A program made the translations under genes and the position numbers. The notes below the pieces were generated by a model, which was not told where the DNA came from, searched no databases, and saw nothing but the letters and a program-made list of their open reading frames with translations. Below, piece by piece: positions 24,410 through 30,719 of a stretch of DNA of 32,000 nt. The DNA is from Chloroflexota bacterium (lineage in GTDB: Bacteria; Chloroflexota; Dehalococcoidia; Lucifugimonadales; Australimonadaceae): assembly GCA_022561455.1 (NCBI GenBank), contig JADFRC010000002.1, positions 1 through 32,000 on the forward strand, given 5' to 3'. The stretch's first letter is position 1, and the number at the start of each line of letters is the position of its first letter.

Positions 24410-24808
24410 ATGAGCGCACTCACGCTCGATGAAGCCGTCCGCATGCTCGGCGCCGCGGTGAAGGCGGCGGAGGGGATGGACGTGAAGGTCGCCATCGCCG
24501 TCCTCGACCCGCGCGGCGACCTGATCGCGCTGCACCGGATGGACGGCGCGCTCTGGCGCTCCGTGCCCATCTCGCAGGGCAAGGCAGCCGCGTCCGCCGC
24601 GTGGGACGCCCCCAGCGGCGACCTGCGCGAGCGGTGGGACCAGCCGGTGCTCCGTGCGCTGTCCATGATGGAGAACGGCCGTCTCATCCCCTGGCCCGGC
24701 GCGGTGCCCGTGCGGCACGGCGACGAGCTCGTGGGCGCGGTCGGCGTCAGCGGCGCGCGGCCCGAGCAGGACGAGGAGATCGCGAAGGCCGGCGTCGCCG
24801 CGATCTGA
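24410..24808 (+). CDS. GlcG/HbpS-like (DUF336) haem-binding-fold protein
   Basis: SD GCAGGAGGAG. DPRGDLIALHRMDGA, SVPISQGKAAASAAW, GAVPVRHGDELVGAVGVSGARPEQDEEIAKAG pattern. Confidence 0.75.
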   Translation: MSALTLDEAVRMLGAAVKAAEGMDVKVAIAVLDPRGDLIALHRMDGALWRSVPISQGKAAASAAWDAPSGDLRERWDQPVLRALSMMENGRLIPWPGAVPVRHGDELVGAVGVSGARPEQDEEIAKAGVAAI

Positions 24809-24825
24809 GCCCGCCGCGACGCGTG

Positions 24826-24831
24826 TAGAAT
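24826..24831 (+). promoter_or_regulatory. -10-like TAGAAT placed 6 nt before ATG 24838 (possible leaderless start)
   Basis: TAGAAT then CCCGCC then ATG. No SD. Same hexamer as at 6644 and 8285. Confidence 0.35.
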
Positions 24832-24837
24832 CCCGCC

Positions 24838-25914
24838 ATGACCGAGAGCTTCAAGGTCCCCGAGCGGGACGCCGTGCGCGTCGATGCCGGCGCCCTCCGC
24901 GCCGCAGCCGCCGGGCTCATCGCGAAGATGGGCGTGCCGCCCGCCGACGCGGAGCTCGCCGCCGACGTGCTGGTCTCGGCCGACCTGCGCGGCGTCGAGA
25001 GCCACGGCGTGTCCAACATGCTCAAGGTCTACCTCGACCGCTACGCCGACGGCACCACGAACCCCAACCCGGAGTGGACGGTCGTGCGCGACCGCCCGGC
25101 CATCGCCAACATCGACTGCGACCGTGGCCTCGGCGTCATCCTCGTCCCGAAGGCGATGGACCTCGCCATCGCCAAGGCGCGCGAGACCGGCGTCGGCGTC
25201 GTGACCATGTTCAACTGCGGCCACCTCGGCATGGCCTCCTACCACGCGATGCGCGCGCTGGCCCACGACATGGTCGGCATGTGCATGACCGCCACGGGCC
25301 CGTCGGTCCTGCCGACCTTCGGCGCCGAGCCGCGCTTGGGCACCAACCCCATCGCCATCGCTGCGCCGGCCCTCGATCGGCACCCCTTCGTGCTGGACAT
25401 GGCGACGAGCACCGTCGCCGTCAACAAGCTCCGGAATGCGAAGCGGCTCGGCTCGCTGCTGCCGCCGGGCACCGTGGCGGATGCCGCCGGCACGCCCATC
25501 ATGGAGGCGGTCCCGGTGCCTGAGGCCTACTTCGGCCTGCCGCTCGGGAGCACGCGGGAGCTCGGCTCGCACAAGGGATACGGGCTCGCCGTCGCCGTGG
25601 AGGTCCTGTGCAGCGTGCTCTCGGGCGCCGGGTTCGCCACGCGCCTCCCCCGCACGCACTACCGGCACTACGTCGCCGCCTACGACGTGTCCGCATTCAC
25701 CGATGTCGAGGAGTTCAAGCAGACGATGGACGACTTCATCGGCGAGCTCGCTGCCACGCCGCCCGCGCCCGGCCACGAGCGCGTCATGGTCGCCGGGCAG
25801 CTCGAGTGGGAGGCCGAGGCCGAGCACCGCGCCCACGGCATCCCGCTGCACCGAGACGTCGTCGATTGGCTGCGCACCACCTGCGCGGAGATGGACGTCG
25901 CCTGCGAGGTGTAG
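24838..25914 (+). CDS. Ldh2-family (type 2 malate/L-lactate/ureidoglycolate dehydrogenase-like) oxidoreductase
   Basis: ADLRGVESHGVSN, NCGHLGMASYH, GTNPIAIAAP, GSHKGYGLAVAVE motifs typical of the Ldh_2 family. Confidence 0.8.
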   Translation: MTESFKVPERDAVRVDAGALRAAAAGLIAKMGVPPADAELAADVLVSADLRGVESHGVSNMLKVYLDRYADGTTNPNPEWTVVRDRPAIANIDCDRGLGVILVPKAMDLAIAKARETGVGVVTMFNCGHLGMASYHAMRALAHDMVGMCMTATGPSVLPTFGAEPRLGTNPIAIAAPALDRHPFVLDMATSTVAVNKLRNAKRLGSLLPPGTVADAAGTPIMEAVPVPEAYFGLPLGSTRELGSHKGYGLAVAVEVLCSVLSGAGFATRLPRTHYRHYVAAYDVSAFTDVEEFKQTMDDFIGELAATPPAPGHERVMVAGQLEWEAEAEHRAHGIPLHRDVVDWLRTTCAEMDVACEV

Positions 25915-25920
25915 TCCTCG

Positions 25921-26067
25921 CCATCGTCTGTTATCCAGAGCAACCGTCCTGTCATTCCGGGCCACTGTTCTGTCATTCCGAGCCACTGTTCTGTCATTCC
26001 AGGCCACTGTTCTGTCATTCCGGGCCACCGTCCTGTTATTCCAGGCCACTGTTCTGTCATTCCGAGC
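25921..26067. repeat. 21-bp tandem repeat, 7 units (consensus CACTGTTCTGTCATTCCGRGC)
   Basis: Units start at 25921, 25942, 25963, 25984, 26005, 26026 and 26047. The first and sixth are more diverged. The last unit is also the 5' arm of the REP hairpin at 26054-26136. Confidence 0.9.
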
Positions 26068-26136
26068 GGAGCGAGAAATCTCTCGGGACGCGCGTGAGAG
26101 ATCTCTCGTCGGCCTGCGGCCTCCTCGGGATGACAG
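26054..26136. repeat. REP-like long hairpin (arms CTGTCATTCCGAG / CTCGGGATGACAG)
   Basis: 13-nt arms are complementary apart from one G:T. Inner near-palindrome GAGAAATCTCTC...GAGAGATCTCTC. Confidence 0.7.
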
Positions 26137-26248
26137 TAGGGGTTCTCCGCGCGCCGAATCGGCGAAATCCGCCCGGTAACCCACGTGCGCGCCATGCCGT
26201 CCAGCCCTATCGTTCTCGCGGATCGAACGTAATGGGGGTGGGCTGCCA

Positions 26249-26752
26249 ATGTCGCCGATCGCTCACGCCATCATGAACAGCGAGCTCTTCGCTGACCTAT
26301 CGCCCCGCCAGGCCAAGAGCCTGGACCGCCTTGCCAAGCATGTGCGCTTCAAGAAGGGCGCCGTGCTCTTCTCCGCCGGGGAGCCCGCCGAGCGCCTCTA
26401 CGTCGTGCTCGAAGGCACCGTGGAGCTCCGGATGCCCGTCCCAAGCTGGTGGGGGATAGCGACGCCGCACGAGAAGATGACCACCGCCCGGCCGGGCCAG
26501 ATCGTCGGCTGGTCGGCGCTGGCCGAGCCCTGCGTGTACTCGCTCACCGCGGTCGCGTCCGAGCGCGCCACGGCGGCACGCTTCGAGGCGGGTGCGCTGC
26601 GGGAGCTCATGAGCGCCGACCCGGAGCTGGGGAACATCGTCCGGGCCCGCGCGCTCTCCGTCGTCAGCCGCAGGCTGGACGCGCTGGCCGAGGCCATGCT
26701 CGCGCAGCGCGCCGTCATGGCCTCCCAGGCCGCCGCTCCCGCGTACGCGTAG
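26249..26752 (+). CDS. cyclic nucleotide-binding domain protein (stand-alone cNMP-binding, no HTH seen)
   Basis: LFADLSPRQAKSLDRLAKHVRFKKGAVLFSAGEPAERLYVVLEGTVEL is a typical cNMP-binding beta-barrel start. 167 aa. Confidence 0.7.
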   Translation: MSPIAHAIMNSELFADLSPRQAKSLDRLAKHVRFKKGAVLFSAGEPAERLYVVLEGTVELRMPVPSWWGIATPHEKMTTARPGQIVGWSALAEPCVYSLTAVASERATAARFEAGALRELMSADPELGNIVRARALSVVSRRLDALAEAMLAQRAVMASQAAAPAYA

Positions 26753-26822
26753 CGTGTACACCGGCCGCAGCTTTCTCACAGCCGAGCGTCGGCCTCGCCT
26801 CAAGTCCCTGTTCCTGCACCCT

Positions 26823-26947
26823 GGGGAGTGCAGAGGGGCAAAGCCCCTATGCCGGGGGCACGGGGGTGTCCCCCGTCTTTGGCTTCATCTCCCCCTTCCT
26901 GGCCAGGAAGGGGGACGGGGGGATGGTCGAAACGGTCGTGGGGCACC
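26823..26947 (+). repeat. three-hairpin repeat, copy 6
   Basis: GGGGAGTGCAGAGGGGCAAAGCCCCTATGCCGGGGGCACGGGGGTGTCCCCCGTCTTTGGCTTCATCTCCCCCTTCCTGGCCAGGAAGGGGGACGGGGGGATGGTCGAAACGGTCGTGGGGCACC. Confidence 0.9.
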
Positions 26948-26970
26948 GGCGCGGCGGGCGTGGGGCGGGC

Positions 26971-27870
26971 CTACCCGCGCAGCTTCGCGATCACCTGCTC
27001 GCCGAACGCCGGTATCTGCTCGTCCACCATGTCCCCTGGGAACTGCACGTGGAACGTGTCCACCCCCGCCTCGCGCCACGTCTCGACCTGATCGAGCACC
27101 TCGTCCGCGGTGCCCATGATGCCGCCGCGCGTGCCGAGGGTCTGCGGCATGAGGGTGGCCGGGTCGGCGGCCCCCACGTAGGCCGTGCAGTTCACGACGC
27201 GGTGCAGCACCGCCGGGTCCCGGCCGGCTGCATCCGCGCCTGCTTCGAGCAGCGCGACCTGCTCGCGGTACGCCTCGATGGAGTCCGGCCAGCCGCCGTT
27301 CTTGATCCAGCCGTCGGCCACGCGGCCCGTGAGCGCCATCATCCGCGGCTTGCCCGCGCCCAAGAAGATGGGGATCGTGCCCTCGACCGGCTTCGGGTCG
27401 ACCACGCCCTCGGCCACGCTCAAGCGCTTCCCCTCGTACGTGAACGACTCGTTCGCCCACAGCCCGCGGAGGATGGTGATGGCGTCCTCGAGGCGCTCGA
27501 AGCGCTCGGCGGGGGTGCCCAGCGTGATGCCGTAGCCCGCGTAGTGCTTCTCCTGGCCGCCCGCGCCGAGGGTCAGCAGCACGCGGCCGCCGCCGGTGAT
27601 CACATCCAGGCTCGCGGCCATCTTCGCGAGCATGCCGGCGTTGCGGAACGGCACGTTGAGCGTCGAGTGCGTCAGCCGGATGCGCTCGGTCTGCACGCCG
27701 ACCGCCGTGGCCATCGTCCACGCCTCGATGTTGTGCTCCGGCGGCCGGTCGCTGAAGGCGATGTTGTCGAACCCGGCGGCCTCGGCGGCCTTCGCGACCG
27801 CGACGGTCCGCTCGTAGGAGAGCCCACGGGGGTTCAGGCCGAAGCGCGTCGCGTTGCTGCTGCGTCCCAT
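26971..27870 (-). CDS. LLM-class flavin/F420-dependent oxidoreductase
   Basis: SD GGGAGG before ATG 27870. FGLNPRGLSYERTVAVAKAAEAAGFDNIAFSDRP, GGRVLLTLGAGG, IPIFLGAGKP pattern. Confidence 0.8.
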   Translation of the reverse strand: MGRSSNATRFGLNPRGLSYERTVAVAKAAEAAGFDNIAFSDRPPEHNIEAWTMATAVGVQTERIRLTHSTLNVPFRNAGMLAKMAASLDVITGGGRVLLTLGAGGQEKHYAGYGITLGTPAERFERLEDAITILRGLWANESFTYEGKRLSVAEGVVDPKPVEGTIPIFLGAGKPRMMALTGRVADGWIKNGGWPDSIEAYREQVALLEAGADAAGRDPAVLHRVVNCTAYVGAADPATLMPQTLGTRGGIMGTADEVLDQVETWREAGVDTFHVQFPGDMVDEQIPAFGEQVIAKLRG

Positions 27871-28098
27871 CGTGGCCTCCCGCGGTCAAGGCTGGAGGGC
27901 CCAGGATAGCAGCGATCTGCTCATAGGGCGGTCTCCGGAAGGGTTTTCGTTCGTCCTGAGGCACTCGAAGGGCGAACGGCCGGTTGCCGGCCAACCTTTG
28001 TTCGTGGTTCGAGAACCTCACCACGAACGGCACCAGGGCTCGACTCCTTCACCAGCCCCCGATGGCGATTCGTCAGAGTAGCGAGGTACCCTAAGACC

Positions 28099-28521
28099 AT
28101 GATCCGCGTCACCGACACGCTATGGCTCGGCGAGAGCGAGGTCGAGTTCTCGTTCTTCACCGCCTCGGGCCCCGGCGGCCAGCACGTCAACAAAGTCGCG
28201 ACCGCCGCGCAGCTGCGCTTCGACGCCGCGCGCTCGCCGTCGATTCCGGACGCCGTGCGCACGCGCCTGCGCTCGCTCGCCGGCCGGCGCATGAGCGCCA
28301 GCGGCGTCGTCGTCATCAAGGCGCAGCGCTATCGCTCGCAGGACCGCAACCGCGCAGACGCGCTCGAGCGGCTCGTGGGCCTGATCCGCCGCGCCGCCGA
28401 GCCACAGCGCCCACGCCGGCCGACGGCCCCGACCAAGGCCTCCGTCCGCCGCCGCCTGGACGCGAAGGCACGGCAGGCACGCGCGAAGCAGCTGCGCGGC
28501 CCCGTCGGGCCGGAGGAGTAG
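28099..28521 (+). CDS. arfB: alternative ribosome-rescue factor ArfB (YaeJ-type peptidyl-tRNA hydrolase)
   Basis: 140 aa. SGPGGQHVNKVATA GGQ motif. Basic C-terminal tail RRRLDAKARQARAKQLR. Confidence 0.88.
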   Translation: MIRVTDTLWLGESEVEFSFFTASGPGGQHVNKVATAAQLRFDAARSPSIPDAVRTRLRSLAGRRMSASGVVVIKAQRYRSQDRNRADALERLVGLIRRAAEPQRPRRPTAPTKASVRRRLDAKARQARAKQLRGPVGPEE

Positions 28522-28601
28522 GGGCGGCGTTACAATGGCGGCGCCGTGGCTGCTGCGCGTGAACTGGGCTCGCTTCAGCAGCCCTGTTCATGCGCCGGAT
28601 T

Positions 28602-28726
28602 AGGGAGTGCAGAGGGGCGAAGCCCCTTTGCCGGGGGCACGGGGGTGTCCCCCGTATCTGGCTTTATCACCCCCTTCCTGGAGAGGAAGGGGGACGGGGG
28701 GATAGTCGAAAGGGCCGTGCGGCGCC
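28602..28726 (+). repeat. three-hairpin repeat, copy 7
   Basis: AGGGAGTGCAGAGGGGCGAAGCCCCTTTGCCGGGGGCACGGGGGTGTCCCCCGTATCTGGCTTTATCACCCCCTTCCTGGAGAGGAAGGGGGACGGGGGGATAGTCGAAAGGGCCGTGCGGCGCC. Confidence 0.9.
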
Positions 28727-28782
28727 GAGGCCTCGTGACTGGGACAGAGGCGTTGATGCAAACCCGCTGAAGGAGCTAGCCG

Positions 28783-29961
28783 ATGCCAAGGCTCGAAGAC
28801 CTGAGCGACACCGCCCGCCAGGGACACCTGAACTTCCCCGCGAGAGAGCACGACGACGCCCCCTTCGCGCGCTTGCGCAAGCCGCTGTCCGAGGCCAAGC
28901 TCGCGCTCGTGACCACCGCCGGCCTGCACCTGCGCGGCGACGCTCCGTTCAGCTCCGGCGACCAGACCTATCGGGTCATCCCGTCGAGCGCGGCCGCCAG
29001 CGGCATCATCCAGAGCCACACGAGCATCGGGTTCGACCGCACGGCCTTCATGCGGGACATCAACGTCACGTTCCCGGTCGACCGCCTCCGCGAGCTCGTG
29101 GACCGCGGCACCATCGGCGCGCTCTCGGAGCGCTTCTACTCCTTCATGGGCGCGAACCGCGACCCGAAGAAGATCATCGAGGAGACCGGCCCCGAGGTCG
29201 CCCGCAAGCTGCTGGAGGAGGGCGTCGAGGCCGTGCTGCTGACCCCCACCTGACCGCTGTGCACGCACACGGTCTGTGTGCTCGCGCGGGTGTTCGAGGA
29301 GGCCGGCCTGGCGACGACCGCCATCGTGCTCATCAAGGAGCACGCCGAGCGCGTGAAGCCGCCGCGGGCGCTCTTCGTGCCCTTCCCCTTCGGCTTCGCG
29401 CTCGGCAACCCCGACGACCCGCCCTTCCAGCACAAGGTGCTCGCGGCCGCGCTCGACCTCTTCGGAGCCGACTCGACGCCGGTGCTCGCCGATTTCCCGG
29501 ACGACGCGGATGCGCCCGCCCGCCTGGTGCAGGCCAAGGCCGCCCAGAGCGAGGCCGTCAACGCCGATGGGGATGCGGCCGGCGAGATCACCGCGCTGCG
29601 CGGCTACTACGAGCGGTGGCTCGGCGACCACGACGGCCGCACGATGGTCGGCCTTTGCGGCGTGCCGCAGCGCAAGTTCCGCGGCCTCGTGCGCTTCCTC
29701 GAGGCCTATGCCGGCGGCGAGGACGCCCCGTACGACGACCGGCCTGCGGACATGCCGCTGCCGCGCTTCCTGCGCGTGGCCTCCGACGACCTCAAGGCCT
29801 TCTACATGGAGGCGCGCATGTGCCAGCGCCAGGACCACCGCAACAACGACCTCCAGAGCTGGTTCTGGTCGGAGACCGCGGGCGGCCGCCTCCTAGCGCG
29901 CGTCGCCGAGCGCCTCACCGCCGACGGCGACGAGCGCGCCGCGCAGGGGATCGCGCGGTAG
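28783..29961 (+). CDS. probable selenoprotein of the glycine/sarcosine/betaine/D-proline reductase component B (GrdB/PrdB-like) family; TGA 29251-29253 read as selenocysteine
   Basis: Track ORFs 28783..29253 and 29278..29961 share one frame and are separated only by TGA plus 24 nt encoding PLCTHTVC. The joined sequence ...AVLLTPT-U-PLCTHTVCVLARVFEEAGLATTAIVLIKEH has a UxxC motif. A SECIS-like hairpin starts 11 nt after the TGA. SD AGGAG precedes ATG 28783. Family call is from memory. Confidence 0.65.
29265..29281 (+). promoter_or_regulatory. candidate bacterial SECIS upper stem-loop
   Basis: GCACAC-GGUCU-GUGUGC: 6-bp stem with a loop containing GGUC. The first stem base is 11 nt after the UGA. 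Bulged extension is possible with 29259-29264 / 29282-29288. Confidence 0.55.
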
Positions 29962-30054
29962 GGAAGTTTGGGTTTCTGTATGCGACGCCCCACGATCGGG
30001 GGCTCGAAGTTACGCGGGTGCGCGGGTCGTGGGCATAGAGGGGTGGGACGTTCG

Positions 30055-30342
30055 CTACACGGCGGCGGAGTGCCGCTTCACCAGGGCCTTGGTCAGCTGG
30101 TAGTCGGTTTCCAGGTTCAGCCAGAACCGGGCTGGGATCTCCGGCATCACATGCTCAAGCTGAAGAGCCGTCTCAGCAGTAATGCTCTTTTTCCCGTTCA
30201 TGATTTCGTTGATGGCGTTCGCTGGGCGCCGCATGCGCCTGGCCAACTCCTTCTGCGACATGCCCCGTGCCTCGATCTCCTCCAACAGATACTCGCCAGG
30301 GGGAATGGCAACGTCAGGATAGGCGTCCGTCCTAGTCGCCAT
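30055..30342 (-). CDS. higA: HigA-family antitoxin (XRE-type HTH)
   Basis: ATG 30342 preceded by GGAGG. IPPGEYLLEEIEARGMSQKELARRMRRPANAINEIMNGKKSITAETALQLE matches the HigA/VapI antidote pattern. The track ORF start at 30393 is less likely. Confidence 0.85.
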   Translation of the reverse strand: MATRTDAYPDVAIPPGEYLLEEIEARGMSQKELARRMRRPANAINEIMNGKKSITAETALQLEHVMPEIPARFWLNLETDYQLTKALVKRHSAAV

Positions 30343-30628
30343 GGTAGTCCTCCACATCCCAGATTCGCACTTCATCCTCGCTGATCCTCTCAACGAGAAG
30401 CCGATAGTTGCCCGTAAGCGTCATGGCGTGCTGGCCGGCACGATTCCCTTTCAAGGGATGCAATCGTAGAGCCCGGTGCCCGTAGAGTTGGGCGAATCTG
30501 TCAGTCGCTCGCAGGACTGCCAACCTTTGGATGTACTTCCGGCCGATGGGAACTCCGAAGAGCCTGGAGGCCTCTGATAGGCTTCGACTCGCCCTGGCGA
30601 GGCGAGTGGTTGCGAAACTGATGTCCAC
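30332..30628 (-). CDS. higB: HigB-type toxin (plasmid maintenance system killer, RelE/ParE superfamily)
   Basis: GTG start. ...RKYIQRLAVLRATDRFAQLYGHRALRLHPLKGNRAGQHAMTLTGNYRLLVE...VEDYH matches the HigB killer-protein pattern. Toxin-first order; 11-nt overlap with higA. Confidence 0.8.
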   Translation of the reverse strand: MDISFATTRLARASRSLSEASRLFGVPIGRKYIQRLAVLRATDRFAQLYGHRALRLHPLKGNRAGQHAMTLTGNYRLLVERISEDEVRIWDVEDYHGD

Positions 30629-30630
30629 CT

Positions 30631-30649
30631 ATACACCTGATGGGTGTAT
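30631..30649. promoter_or_regulatory. perfect 7-bp inverted repeat ATACACC-N5-GGTGTAT abutting the higB start (candidate HigA operator)
   Basis: Ends 2 nt upstream of the higB GTG on the coding strand. One half-site contains the AGGTG SD-like sequence. Confidence 0.45.
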
Positions 30650-30719
30650 CATCGCCAGTCATGCCTGCCGTGTCAAGGCTCCCAGTCAGGCGGGCCAGTT
30701 GGCCGCACGCCGTGCGCCC

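Noticed and set aside
24187-26184. 665-aa minus-strand ORF, the longest in the track, with striking TVARNDR heptad repeats
   Set aside because: It runs antisense to two well-supported + strand genes (GlcG-like, Ldh2-family). It is Arg/Gly/Ala/Pro-rich in the way GC-driven shadow ORFs are. Its repeats are just the 21-bp intergenic minisatellite read in frame.
13778-26752. Functional link between the class III cyclase (13778-14557) and the stand-alone cNMP-binding protein (26249-26752)
   Set aside because: They are about 12 kb apart and separated by unrelated operons, with no shared regulatory motif seen. The association would be pure speculation.
29251-29253. Reading the in-frame TGA as a pseudogene lesion, a sequencing error or a genuine two-gene boundary
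   Set aside because: Not fully excluded, but judged less likely. Coding signal continues in the same frame immediately after the TGA, through conserved-looking Cys residues (PLCTHTVC). The second ORF has no SD of its own. A SECIS-like hairpin sits at the canonical 11-nt distance.
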